Of a stretch of 64,000 nucleotides of DNA, positions 1 to 12,740 are shown piece by piece (position 1 is the first letter of the stretch; each line of letters opens with the position of its first letter). This DNA is from Eledone cirrhosa (Eukaryota): NCBI GenBank assembly GCA_964016885.1, contig OZ024750.1:37014001-37078000 (forward strand), given 5' to 3'. A model generated the notes under the pieces. It did not search any database. It had not been told where the DNA came from and was given only the letters and a program-made list of their open reading frames with translations. The position numbers and the translations under genes were made by a program.

Positions 1-134
1 AGGTCTTCCATATTTTAATAGAGTTTTTTTTTTTTTTCCATATTTATTTCTAGTAAATAAATCTTCAACATGGAAGAATATAAATTTGAAATCTTAATCC
101 TTTTGATGAATTCTTCTTTTTGTCCTATCTGTCT

Positions 135-380
135 ATGGACCTGTAACTCCTGATGGAGTCGCAGGGACATTGTATTGACATCCAGAGTTTCTATGGCAGT
201 TTTTTTAAAACCTGGCAGAGTTAATCTCTTCTCCAGTTCTGAATACAGCAGATTTCTTCCAGAGACGGATAGAGGTTGAGAGAATGGAAATGAGAGATAT
301 AGAAGAAGAATCAATCCCAGTACTTTACTGGTACTATCATCTATCAACCTTGAATGAATAAAAGGCAAAGTTGACCTCAG
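135..380 (-). mobile_element. SINE family C fragment (tRNA-head SINE with long tail)
   Basis: Reverse complement matches the copies at 19868, 32738 and 42020 (tttgcctttcatt..gtaccagt..gtactggg..tatatctcttt..ggaagaaatctgctgtattcag..atcaggagttacag). Confidence 0.6.
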
Positions 381-990
381 TTTCCTCCTTCACCTTCATA
401 TTTATTCTTCCTCTCAGTGTTACCCAGTGTCTATTTCTTCAGCTTATTCCTCATTTATATATTTTCCCTTATTCTCTTTGAAAGTTAGTGTAATAATAAT
501 ATGAATACTATTGGTCTACTTAGGCAATCTGTTAGTGTAATAATGGTATTAATATTATTTGTTTAGTTAGGCAATCTGTTGGTGTAATAATGGTATTAAT
601 ATGATTGATTTAGTTAGCTAATCTGGTAGTATAATAATATTATTAATATTATTGGACTAGTTAGATAATATATTAATGTAATAATATTATTGTTCTGGTT
701 AAATAATCTGTTGTTCTTTAATATGTCAAGTATAGCAAAATGATGTAATCCGTAAGCATCACCAGCGAGAGATAAGATCAAATGTAACAAACACCTAAAA
801 CTAAAAGCTACACGAATGAATATTTCACCTTGTGCACGAGAAGTCCAAAGTGGCATAATTGGATCGGCTAGAAACACTAGTCTAAATACAAGCTCACCAA
901 GTTAGGGAGCCGAAATTCAAATAAAGGCAGAGTTAATAACTCATGTTAATACCCTGTAATTAACAAGGTCAAAGTATAAATACTGAGCAT

Positions 991-1728
991 TCATCATCAT
1001 CATCATCATCGTTTAACGTCCATCTTCCACGCTTGCATGGGTTTGGACGGGAATTTTCCCACTTGAGGCAAGATTGGTTGACTTGCTCGTATAGGACTGT
1101 CTGGCGGGTTTTCTACGGCTGGATGCCCTTCCTAACACCAACCACATTTACAGTGTGGACTGGGAGGTTTTTACCGTGTTACCTACACGGCCACATTACA
1201 GCGTGGACTGTGTGTTTTTTTGTCGTGACACCTACACGACTTCATTTGTTTCAGCCTGGATGTTGTGGAACCAACATAACTTTACATTGAAAGGGGTGGT
1301 GTGGATGGGGTGGGGCTAGTGGGACGGGGTGTATTTTTGTTAGAGGTGCCTACTGACTGTAGGTTTCGCTTTGTACTTAGGCAAGGTGGGTCTTCTGTAT
1401 TACTGTGTAGCGCCAAAGATCTCAGTCCAGTGACATTGTCTTGGATAGGTGTAAGTGTGTGAGGTCGGAATTTATCACGTCGTCCCAGGTTTTTCTGGGT
1501 CTGCCTACTCCGTGGCTACCGTCTATTTTTATTGCCCTGCACTTTTTTATACAGCTGTCGTCTTTCATGCGCATCACGTGACCGTACCAACGTAGTCTTC
1601 TCTCGAGTAAACAACATCTGATCCCTCTTATTCCTAATTTCTCCCTTAGTTCATTTATGCTTTGCCGTTCACGTATATTACTATTACACATCCAGCGGAG
1701 CATGCAAGCTTCGTTCTTCTCCAGTCTG
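991..1728 (-). mobile_element. RTE-clade LINE 3' fragment with (GAT)n tail
   Basis: Translates to RLEKNEACMLRWMC..RRLRWYGHVMRM..GRPRKTW (typical RTE C-terminus); 3' UTR ends in (gat)n. Confidence 0.85.
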
Positions 1729-1729
1729 C

Positions 1730-1880
1730 TGGCCACACTGGTGTTACTATAGAGAGTACCTAGTCCACCCTGTAAGGTAGCCACACTGGTGTTGCTGTAA
1801 AGAGCACCTAGTCCACCCTGTAAGGTAGCCACACTGGTGTTGCTATAGAGAGTACCTAGTCCACTCTGTAAGGTAGCCAC
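1730..1880. repeat. 48-bp tandem repeat x3
   Basis: Unit gccacactggtgttgctatagagagtacctagtccaccctgtaaggta repeated at the 5' junction of the RTE fragment. Confidence 0.85.
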
Positions 1881-1895
1881 ATGTAAAATATAGCT

Positions 1896-2430
1896 AAAAA
1901 AGACGATATTATATATAAACTCTATTACGGTGAAATATAATTGTTTCTACTATTGGCACAAGGCCAGCAATTATCCCAGTGTATTACTGGTACTTTATTT
2001 TATCGACCCCGTAAGGATGAAAGGCAAAGTTAACCTCGGCGGGATTTGAACTCAGATCATAAAGGGCCATAACTCTTTGCTGTAAATATAATGAAATCAA
2101 AAAAGGAGAAAATTAGCGAAGGAAATATAAACGTTTTGATATAACGATGGAAATATATGAACGTTTATATAAGCGATATAATATAGCATCCATTATAACC
2201 AGAAGTATTGACATTTGATAATGTTAAAAGAAGTGAATCTTAAAATAAGCAATCATTATATATAAGAATATTTGTTTAATCAACAGCCACGAAATTTAGT
2301 AGATAAATGATGTAATATTCATTCATTATTTATTCAAAGTAATCCAACTTATTTTACTAACGGGATAAAAAAATATATTTAGGACACAGTTCCACACTCC
2401 TCTCTTTATTATCTTATGATTATTATAATA
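1896..2430 (-). mobile_element. Partial non-autonomous Helitron (family of 24487/56344) with nested SINE A at about 1937-2080
   Basis: Shares aaaagacgatattatatataaac..aatcaacagccacgaaatttagtagataaa..cttattttactaa with the other two copies. Confidence 0.6.
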
Positions 2431-2749
2431 ATGCTCCAGATAAATTTATACCGCTGAGTGCTTGGTATCTGTTATATATAAGAATCAGTTGATTACAAAT
2501 CAACTAACTCTATTTTCATTGATTAATATATATATATATATATATAACCCATGCTAGCGTGGAAGATGGGCGTTAAACGATGATTATGATATACGCACAC
2601 ACACACACACTTATACGCACACACACACACACTTATACGCACACACACACACACTTATATATATATATATACATGATGATGATAATGGTGATGGCTCGTT
2701 ATCGAGATTGGCCATTGCACATACATACAGATATATACAAATTAATTAA

Positions 2750-3640
2750 GATAAAGCATCTCTAGACTTTTAGCCAATAAGGAAATGTTTGACAATAAGG
2801 CTAAATACTATAACAATGCATTAAATAGAGCAGGCTACCCTGATAAAATTGAATATATAGACAAAAATATTAACCCCCCCCCCCCATCCCCGTATGTAAA
2901 TCAACATTAATTTAATATCAATACTAATACACATACATCTCATAACAATTATAATAATGCTAATATCCATAACATAAGCCATAGAACTAGACCAAATCAA
3001 TCGTATAATTGATATAATTCCTATAAAACCTTGTAAATTGATATAATTGATATAATTCCTATAAAGCCTTGTAAAAGAATCTGTTCCCATTCTACTATCG
3101 CTTGGAATTAGGAAAAGTTTAGTTCAATGCCCTTGATAAATGCTTCCCCCAAAACACATAAATATAGTAGAATTCTTAATAAACATACAATTAAACTCTC
3201 ATACTCAACCATTATGAATATTGCCCAAAATATAACTAAAATAAATAATAGAAATCTAGGAACTATTCATGCTGCCCAAAATATAGCTAAAATTAATAAT
3301 AGAAATCTAGGAACTATTCATATTGCCCAAAATATAGCTAAAATTAATAATAGAAATCTAGGAACTATTCATACTGCCAAAATATAGCTAAAATTAATAA
3401 TAGAAATCTAGGAACTATTCATAGGGAATTAACCCCTAATGACAATCAGAGAATCACTAATAGAATATACAACTCCCCGATTAACAACAATTATACCAAT
3501 AACATAAATGATGAAAACAGAGTGGCATCATTAAATAACAGTGTAGGTAATTCCAATTGTAAAAATAGTTATTCTTGCCCATTAAGTAATAAATGTCTTG
3601 GCCGTAATTTAGTTTACAAATGCATTGTTAAAACAATCTA
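2750..3640 (+). mobile_element. Degenerate Penelope-like element (RT thumb to Cys-rich linker/GIY-YIG start)
   Basis: Peptides SRLLANKEMFDNKAKYYNNALNRAGY, PKTHKYSRILNKHTIKLSYS and NCKNSYSCPLSNKCLGRNLVYKCIV resemble PLE proteins; internal 48-bp tandem repeat at about 3216-3422. Confidence 0.75.
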
Positions 3641-3694
3641 GATTATATGACAAAATAAGTTAACTATTTTTTTCCTCCATTATTTTTCAAGAAT

Positions 3695-3860
3695 TGGGAG
3701 TATCGGTAGAGGGTCGAACATGCTTTTCAGCGTAGTTACGTCCCTTTACGATCTGAGTTCAAATCCCACCGAGGTTAACTTTGCCTTTCATCCTTATGGG
3801 GTCGATAAAATAAAGTACCAGGTAATTGCTGGCCTTATGCCAAAAGTAGAAACAATTATT
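3695..3860 (+). mobile_element. SINE family A
   Basis: B box gagttcaaatccc; core gcctttcatccttatggggtcgataaaataaagtaccag; tail aaagtagaaacaattatt. Confidence 0.85.
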
Positions 3861-4225
3861 TTTCTCTGATTATTTTTCTCTCTCTGTTATAATCTTCCTC
3901 CATCACAATGTTTCATGCACTTTAAATTTAGGTTGTATCTAAATAAATTAAATTTAAAATAAATTGATATATTCAGCTATAATACATACATTTTTTCTTT
4001 CTAAATAGTTACACAAAATTCTAATAGTCTCTCATATACATATATCAACTACTTAAATAAGATTGTTGTATTGATAATTTTGAACATAGATAATTATCTC
4101 CCTTCTTTTAAAATAAATAATTTATCAATTAACATTACAACATACTCAACTACATATTTAAAAAAATAACAAAAGAACCATATCAATTATTAAATACTTT
4201 TCTACTCAATAATTTCAGTATCTAA

Positions 4226-4687
4226 TCTCCTTATAATATATAACCAGCAATTTCTCTGTCTGTCTGTCCGACAGTGGAAACACGTGCGCGCGTGCGAATG
4301 TTTTTTGCGCACGCGTAGAGAGAGAGTGAGAGTGAAAGAAAGAGACAGACTACGAGAGGGGGATAGCGGGAGGAGGGAGAGAGGGGAGAGAGAGAGTGAA
4401 TAGACGCTAAAACACGTGCGCGCGTGCGAATGTTTTTTGCGCATGCGTAGAGAGATAGTGAGAGTGAAAGAAAGAGACAGACTACAAGAGGGGGATAGCG
4501 GGAGGGAGAGAGGGAGGAATTGAGGAGTGCTACAGAAACATATATACATTTCTGTGTGTGTGTAATATGTATATATATACACACACAGAAATATATATAT
4601 ATACACACAGAAATATATATACATTTCTGTGTGTGTAATATATATATATACTAGCAGAAAACCGCCCACCGGGTGGTTTTCTGCTAG
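4226..4687 (+). mobile_element. Non-autonomous Helitron
   Basis: 5' A|TCTCCTTATAATATATAA followed by (ctgt)n; 3' hairpin ending CTAG|T; internal duplication of about 135 bp. Confidence 0.65.
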
Positions 4688-4772
4688 TCTACTATATAAA
4701 TGGCAATTTCTGTCTGTGTGTTACCAGTTGGTGTCTAAACCATTGATCCGATCCTGATGAAACTTTACACAC
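4688..4772 (+). mobile_element. Second Helitron 5' end, in tandem
   Basis: tctactatataaa..tctgtctgtgtg..ccgatcctgatgaaacttt, typical of non-autonomous Helitron starts. Confidence 0.5.
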
Positions 4773-5155
4773 ATCATCATCATCATTTTATGTCCGCTTT
4801 TCCCTGCTTGCAAGGGTGGGACAGGAACTGATTCTGGCTTGATTTCTACAGCTGGATGCCCTTCCTAACGCCAACCTCATTTACAGTGAGTGCTGGGTGC
4901 TTTTTTTCCATGGCGCCTACACGTCCACTTTACAGTGTGGGCTGGGTGCTTTTTTTGCCGTGGCACCTCCACGACCACTTTGCAGTGGAATGATAGGGAC
5001 CCCAGTCCTATCATCTCATTTCTACAGCTGAGCAATGTGAAATAAAGTGTCTTGCTCAAGGAAACAACACATCACCCGGTCTGAGAATTGAACCTACAAC
5101 CTTACGATTGCAGGTTCAATTCTCAGACCAAGTGATGTGTTGTTTCCTTGAGCAA
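4773..5155 (-). mobile_element. SINE family B with 5' fold-back
   Basis: Matches the family B consensus; 44-bp inverted arms at 5052-5095 and 5112-5155. Confidence 0.85.
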
Positions 5156-5443
5156 CATATTAAGCTAATATTCAGGAACAGGACTGGCTAATTGGATTAC
5201 AAGGAAAATAAATAATGGAACCCCTGGGGGCATTAAACTCTCCCTCCCACTACTCCCCTTTCTCCTCCCACAACTCAGTCCTCCAAAACGAGGCAACAAC
5301 TTATTTGGGTTTTTTTTTTGTTCTTCATTCTGTAGAGAAAGAGGGGGGATGAGAGAGAGGGGGGTTAGTGAAGAGAGCGAAAGAAAGCAGAAAAATGATA
5401 GCATAGTTCACTAACTTTTATTTATTTATTTTTTAAACGTTTC

Positions 5444-6110
5444 TTAACTAACTCCTTTCTTAACGTTACTTATCTTTCTCTTTAAAAAGTCGCAATGAGA
5501 CTGTGTGTGTATGTGAGCGTGTGTATGTCTCTGCGTTCTTTGAAATGGGTATGTTTTGCTAATTAACGTTTTTATAGGAATACCTGGTCTTTCAACTATC
5601 CTAATATTTAATTTGAGCTTGTCTAACGCCCTTCTAAATCTGTAAGCTAGTTCACCTCTAGGGGTTGTATTGACGAACATTACACTGGTATTTATTGCTA
5701 TCATACCATGAAACGATTTTATTTGCCTCATTCCTTATTCTTTCTATTCTGTTTCAAAATTTGCTCCTATACATGGGGCAAGTTCCATTTGCATCATTTT
5801 CTACAATCTTTGCCCATTTGGTTCTGGCTCCTTTATATACCCTGATCTTGTCTCTCTGATTGTAGCCAGAGAACTGCATGTGGTGGATGAAGTGTTGTAT
5901 GTGTCTCTCTAATTCTTTGGGGTTGCACAAGTGGGACACGTTCCTCATCACTCTTACTAAGTCCGCAGTTAGTATGTTGATTTTTTTTATGTGTTCCGAA
6001 ACAGCTGAGTTTTGGTGGATCAGGTATTTGGAGGTCATGGGTTTGGCATAATGTAAATAGATGATTTGCGTTCTGTTACTAATAGTTTGCAACCAGAATT
6101 CTGTGTACCC
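5444..6110 (-). mobile_element. Penelope-like element ORF remnant (RT thumb/linker)
   Basis: HYAKPMTSKYLIHQNSA..RVMRNVS..MQFSGY..GTCPMYR followed by SVMFVNTTPRGEL..IVERPG..KTYPF, motifs typical of PLEs. Confidence 0.75.
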
Positions 6111-6237
6111 ACAATAGCTGTTTCAACACACGCTTTCAGATAAGAAATCTCGCAAAACAAATTCAAAAGCTAACTTTTTATTTATATATATCTATATATA
6201 TATATAGATATATATATATATAGAGAGAGAGAGAGAT

Positions 6238-6293
<56 letters not shown>

Positions 6294-6654
6294 GTATAAA
6301 TAACTAAGGAAAGGAAGAAGGAAAATAAAAATAAAAGACATCTTTCGTTTTTGTCTCATGTTCAAGCTGAAAATAATAATAATAATAATGATTTCTGATT
6401 TAGGTTGATTTAGGCAATTTAAAGTGGAGGGGGAAAGTCGGTTAAATTGACCTCATTGCATAACTGGTGCTTTATTTTATCGATCCCGTATAGATGAAAG
6501 GTAAAGCTAACCTCTGCAGTATTTGCACTCAGAACGTAAAGAGACATAACTGTATTCCTCAAAGCATGTTGTCTGACATTCTACTTATGCTGCTAATCTA
6601 CTGCCTTAAACACCAGATTAATAATAATAACATTAATTAGTTTACTAAATTCTT

Positions 6655-6910
6655 CATCTTCTTCTTCTATGGACACTTATTCATGAGAGAGTCGTAGGGG
6701 GCACAGTCTTCAAACACTCTTTCCAGCGGGCCGTCAGAAGCAATCCTCTCCAACTAATTCAGTTAGATCCCTAAGCAAGACCAGCCAAGTTCATCAATAT
6801 TATCTAACCATCTCATCTTGCTCGGAGTCTACCCCTGGGTTTCCTGCTGGTTAGTTTTGCCCATAAAATCTATCCAGCAATTCTTTCTTGAGACATTCTT
6901 CATTATTTCC
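6655..6910 (-). mobile_element. Old RTE-like 3' remnant (also at 24113-24486 and 49215-49465)
   Basis: Shared ccaagcaagaccagccaag..ccaaccatc..ctacccctggg; the minus strand encodes a GRPR-type C-terminus. Confidence 0.55.
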
Positions 6911-7269
6911 AAAAATAAAATACAGAAATACAGTTATAATTAGGTTAAATATGTTAATGAGGATGCCATGATAGAATGAAAAAAAAACAGACCAAATTAT
7001 GACTGGTAGAGTGAAGTATGTGAAGATTCTTACTAACTAAAGAACAAATAGATAGAGTTATCCTTGTAATTAGCTTGATTGGAATGTTTTAGGATGAACC
7101 AATATGTCATTTATACAAAGTTAAAATGGTCTAAAGATGTTGATGCCATCGGTTAAATGGAATTTACATTCGATTGAAAATTATAACCCTTTAATAAGTT
7201 GTATAATTGTTATTTTTTATAACCCTGCCATTTTTAAATATATTTTTAATGTAGAGGAAAAATATTGCT

Positions 7270-7640
7270 TTCTGTGTGTTTGTGTGTGTATTTGTTTGTT
7301 TGTGTTTGTCTGTGTGTATTTGTCAGTGTGTTTGTGTGTATTTGTCTGTGGGTGAGTGTGTTTGCTTCTGTGTGTATATATATATATGTATTTGTCTGTG
7401 TGTGTGTATTTGTCTGTGTGAGTATTTGTCTGTGTGTATGTATTTGTCAGTATGTGAGTGTGTTTGTGTGTATTTGTGTGTAGTTGTTTCTGTCTTTTTG
7501 TCTGTGTTTATTTGTGTTTGTGTGTGCATGTGTGTGCGTGAGTGTGTATTTGTCTGTGTGTGCGTATTTGTGTATGTGTGTATGTATTTGTTCTTGTGTG
7601 TTTATGTGTGCATGTGTCTGTGAGTATGTGTGTGTGTATA
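7270..7640. repeat. (TG)-rich imperfect microsatellite
   Basis: tgtgtgtatttgtc repeats. Confidence 0.9.
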
Positions 7641-8717
7641 ATATATATTTAAAAACCAATAAATCATTTAACACAAAATGAACAGTATATTTATTCAGTG
7701 ACATATTTCAATTTGATATGATCATAGCCTAAAAGCTACATCATTAATGCAATATAAGTATAAAGTAAAAGTATAGTGTTATTTATTGTCTGAAAAGAGA
7801 TTATATAAGTATTTAGTCATTGTAGACAACATACAAAATATCTGCAGGACTAAAACCCTTAGGGCAATCTGAAATTAAGCAAGTTGAATGCTGCATTGAT
7901 TAATTATTGTAGCTTCTATTTCCATCAGAGATTTTACTTGTAAGTGATATCAACAATCACAAAGTGATTAATATAATACTGATGATTAAAATAATGTATT
8001 GAAATGTAGATGATTAAGTGATCTACTGTATAGCAGAGATTTCATTCTTTTCAGTTAAAGGATTCATTTAACAGCATCACCTGTTGTTGTTGCTGCTGTT
8101 GCAGTTGGTGCCGCTGATATCGTTGTTGTTGATTAAGTTTTCAAATTAACTATAATGCATATATATATATATATCAGAGGAGTTTAAGACCGGATGTCCA
8201 TGGGAACTTCTGTATGTGGATGAATCTATGATAAATCTAGCTGAATCTATGATGGAACTAGAGAAGAAATTCCAAACATGGATGAAAAAAGAAGGGCCTC
8301 AGAGTCAACCTGATAAAGACTAAGGCCCTTGTAAGTAGACTGGAAAACAGAACCCAGAAGTACTTTACAGGTCAACTGAAAGGTTCACTAACTCTAATTC
8401 AGTGGTCTATGTCAACAGAAGGGTTCACTACTTTCCTCTTCTAAACTAAAACCCAGCTTGATTCAACATTTCATATATTTCCTTTTGATCAATAAAATAG
8501 AACCAGTTAACTTCATTGATTTAATTCACACTTTTCAAGACACTGTGCAATATTTTCAGCTATTGTCTCTTCAAAGAATAGAAATCCTATAATCATAACA
8601 AATTTACTATGGACATTTTTCTATTAATATCTTAATATTTTCTTATTAATTCAACTTTGAAGACATAATATAATATGAACGAGGAAGTTTTAATTTAACA
8701 TTGAAATGAACATTAAT

Positions 8718-9048
8718 GGAGGCACATGGCTTAGTGGTTAGAGCATTGGCCTTGCAATCGAAAGGTTGTGAGTTCAATTCTCAGACCGGGTGATGTGTTG
8801 TTTCCTTGAGCAAGACACTTTATTTCACATTGCTCCAGTTTACTCAGCTGTAGAAATGAGATGATAGGGACTGGGGTCCCTATCTTTCCACTGCAAAATG
8901 GTCGTGGAGGTGCCACGGCAAAAAAAGCACCCAGCACTCACTGTAAATGAGGTTGGTGTTAGGAAGGGCATCCAGCTGTAGAAATCAAGCCAGAATCAGT
9001 TCCCGTCCCACCCTTGCAAGCAGGGAAAATGATGATGATGATGATGAT
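8718..9048 (+). mobile_element. SINE family B, full length (tRNA head, V-domain-like core, RTE-derived tail)
   Basis: A box tggcttagtgg, B box gagttcaattc, core ccttgagcaagacactt, tail ggaagggcatccagctgtagaaa..(gat)n shared with the RTE 3' ends. Confidence 0.9.
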
Positions 9049-9481
9049 TGAAAGTAATTGAAATATTTGCAAACATTGGTAATTATTGTGAATATATGAT
9101 GATGGTGATGTTGATGATGATGATGGTGATGATGATGATGGTGATGGTGGTGACGATGATGATGATGATGACAATAATGATGATGACGATGATGATGATG
9201 ATGGAGATATACGGTTTACTGGGAGATGGGACGTAGTTAGATGGAGGGGTGTGGTTTACCTGATCTTTTGATCGGTTTGAATCTGGTGATTGGGAATCGA
9301 TTGTAGATGCATTGATTGTTTGTTTGTATTTGTGGTCATACAATGTTCTAACTTTTGAAGTGCAAAAGGATTATAAAGTTCAGAGAAAATGTAGAAAACT
9401 CAGACACAGAAAATAGCTGTAAACACATTTGATTGTAGTGCACCTGAGCACTGTACACAATAATTTTCATTATTATATAAA

Positions 9482-9900
9482 GGGCGGTAGATTGGCAGTA
9501 TCGCTAGAGAGTTGGACAACAATGCTTTGAAGCATAGAGTTATGTCCCTTTATGATCTGAGTTCAAATCCCGCCGAGGTTAACTTTGCCTTTCATTCTTA
9601 TGGGGTCGATAAAATAAAGTACCAGTAATAAACTGGGATAATTGCTGGCCTTGTACCAAAAGTAGAAACAATTATTATATAAAGGGCAGTGGCTTGGCAG
9701 AATCAGTAAAAGTGTCAGACACCATGTTTTGCAGCATAGATTTATGGAATTTCACGTTCTACTGAGGTTAGCTTTGCCTTTCATCCATATGGGGGGTCGA
9801 TAAAATAAAAGAAGGTACCAGTAATGCACTGAGGTTGATTTAATTTACTTTCGCCTCCCCTTCAAATTGTTGGCCTTGTGCCTAAATTGGAAACCAATAT
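9482..9900 (+). mobile_element. Two tandem SINE A copies
   Basis: Two heads (ggcgg/ggcagt..ttggcag) each followed by the gcctttcat..gtcgataaaata core. Confidence 0.8.
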
Positions 9901-10639
9901 TATATAAATAGCTTCGAAAATCAGGTAAAGACCCCTTAATGCTGAGTAAAAATGTGGCCAGGGGGTGCTATGAGAAATTGAAACTTATATGTTCCAGATA
10001 CCTTTTATATAAACTTGATACCTTAAACCTATATGTAATGGTTATGAATAATGAGATTTTGAGATCTGGAATTACTATCAGGACTTATTAGTGAAATTTG
10101 TGATGAAAGACAAATCAAAGCACCACATTTTTAGAGAATGAATGTAAGCAGATTTAAGCTAAATATTGCAAAGGTTATGCCATGTCAAGCTACAATATGA
10201 GTATGATATTAAAAATATGAATTTAATGAAACATTCTTCTGAACATGAGGAGGCCTATTCCTCTTATTTTAATTTGCAACATTTAAAATTAGATTTCACC
10301 ATAGTGTACTTAGATTAATAATTTGACACCAAGATGTTATTAAATGAACTGAAGCAAATTTATTAAGATTCTAAAACCAAATTGTTTTTCTTAAGTATCT
10401 AATGAATGGCTGGGGATTTTTCAGACAAATTACTTTGTTAGAAGCTATCATCTAATTTGTTTAGGAAATAAACAATTATATTTTATAAGAAATCTATTTT
10501 CATTCCCTTAATTTATTTTCTGGTTGATAATTTTAAAACAAATTTCCATTTGAAAATTTTGGGAAAAAATCACACGCATGCACACACACACACACATATA
10601 GGTGGAATTTTTTCCCTAAATTTATATACATATATATAT

Positions 10640-10976
10640 CATCATTTTCATCATCATTTCATTTTACGTCCGCTTTTCCCTGCTTGCAAGGGAGGGACGG
10701 GAACTGATTCTGGCTTGATTTCTACAGCTGGATGCCCTTCCTAACACCAACCTCATTTACAGTGAGTGCTGGGTGCTTTTTTGCCGTGGCGCCTCCACGT
10801 CCACTTTACAGTGGAATGATAGGGACCCCAGTCCCTATCATCTCATTTCTACAGCTGAGTAAACTGGAGCAATGTGAAATAAAGTGTCTTGCTCAAGGAA
10901 ACAACACATCACCCGGCCTGAGAATTGAACTCACAACCTTTCGATTGCAAGGCCAATGCTCTAACCACTAAGCCAT
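10640..10976 (-). mobile_element. SINE family B
   Basis: Near-identical reverse complement of 8718-9048. Confidence 0.9.
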
Positions 10977-11427
10977 GATATATATATATATATAAATTGC
11001 AGGAATGAATCTTTTGATTAAATCATTTGACTTTAAAAATGATTTTTTGAATATCATTGGATAGTAATGTGGATTTGAATAGCAATAAATTTACATAAAT
11101 CACTGCAGAATAAGAAAAAAAGCTGTAAAGACATAATTGAATTACCATATTTTGAGATTTCAAGTAGATTTTTTTACAGTATTAAATATCTAACTGAAAT
11201 AAACTAGAGATATCAAATCAAAAATATTTTATTTAACAGAATAAATTCTTGGCATTTAGCTCTTTGGGGTAAAATGTCAAAAGATTTTGTTAAATAATTT
11301 TCACAAAAATTATATTTAAATTTCGTTAATGCATTATATTTTATATCATTCACTCTTTATCTTTCCTTTTGTTTCCATTTGGTAGCAAGTTAGAATAGTT
11401 TATCTTTAAAAATAAATTAAATGCAAG

Positions 11428-12740
11428 TAGCAGGGTGGTTATATGTGGTATAGCAGGGTGGTTAGGTTTTGTTAATATAGCAAGGGTGGTTAGGTTTGTT
11501 TAGGTGTAGATATAGCAAGGCGGTATGGTAAAGTAGGCTGGTTAGGTGTGGTATAGCAGGGTGGTTAGGTGTAAATATAGCAAGGTGGTATGGTATGATG
11601 TAAATATACCAAGGTATGAGGTATATTTAAGGGTAAATATAGTAGCATGGTAGGGTATGGTTAGGTGTAAGTAGCAGGATAGTTAGGCTTGGTATAGCAG
11701 GGTGGTTAAGCTTGGTTAGTGTAGATATAGCATGGTGGTATGGTATGGTTAGGTGTAATTATAACAAGGTGGTTGGGTAAGGTATGGTGTAAATATATCT
11801 TTCTTTATTTGCCACAGGGGCGTACAAAAATGGGACATTACAAGACGTGACGGCGGGGGTTTTACATAAAATCTTTAACAATGATAAATAACAATAAACT
11901 ATATAAAAATAAAACAATTGAAATCCCCATTTTGGGGTAACGCTACTGCGGGGTTGTTTTACACCCCGTGGATAGAACAACCCTCAACACCAGGAACACG
12001 TTTTGTAAGTGTTCCCGTCTTCCCTCTGTTTATCTTCCTCAACCTATACATTTTCGCCACATTCACCCACCTTTCAGTGAATTTACTGGGGTTAGCACCT
12101 CTCTCTCCACTCTCACCTTCCTTCTGAAGTGGTACTTAAAGAAAGGGTTGAGTTGCTGTCCGGAGAGAAAGGTGCTTGCCCTCAGTCCTTTTAACCTCGT
12201 CCATCATATTACCTCTTTCGCCATAGCCACCAGACAGAAGAAGACTGTTTCTCCTTCATTCTTGTATGGTGTAAATATAGCAGGATGGTTAGGTGTAACT
12301 CTAGCAAAGGTGGTTAGATATGGTTAAGTGTTTCTCTAGCAGGTGATTAGGAATGGTTAAATGTAAATAGCAGGGTGGTTAGGTATATTTAGATGTAAAT
12401 ATACCAGGGTGGTAGGGTATGGTTAAATGTAAGTAGCAGGGTGGTTAGGTATATTTAGATGTCAATATACCAGGGTGGTAGGGTATGGTTAAATGTAACT
12501 AACAGGGTGGTTAGGTATATTTAGATGTAAATATGCCAGGGTGGTAGGGTATGATTAAATGTAAGTAGCAGAGTGGTTAGGTATATTTAGATGTAAATAT
12601 GCCAGGGTGGTAGGGTATGATTAAATGTAAGTAGCAGAGTGGTTAGGTATATTTAGATGTAAATATACCAGGGTGGTAGGGTATGGTTAAATGTAAATAG
12701 CAGGGTGGTTAGGTATGGTAGGTTAGTTATGGTATGGTGT
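11428..12740. repeat. G-rich degenerate minisatellite (gtaaatatagcagggtggttaggtatgg)
   Basis: Direct inspection; interrupted by a Tx1 fragment. Confidence 0.85.
11798..12263 (-). mobile_element. 5'-truncated Tx1/L1 element with 16-bp TSD
   Basis: Minus strand reads KNEGETVFFCLVAMAKEVI*WTRLKGLRASTFLSGQQL, homologous to the C-terminal ORF at 30878-31222; same 3' end gtggcaaataaagaaa; TSD gtatggtgtaaatata at 11782-11797 and 12264-12279. Confidence 0.9.

Noticed and set aside
720-960. Possible PLE GIY-YIG tail (KSYTNE..LCTR)
   Set aside because: Too short and degraded to support
6935-7200. Protein-looking frames with in-frame stops (also about 9950-10450 and 22338-22720), suggesting an alternative genetic code or pseudogene
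   Set aside because: Stop density is about that expected of random AT-rich DNA, and no motif was recognised
8731-8937. Recurrent peptide [37 protein letters not shown]
   Set aside because: Antisense reading of SINE B copies, not a gene family
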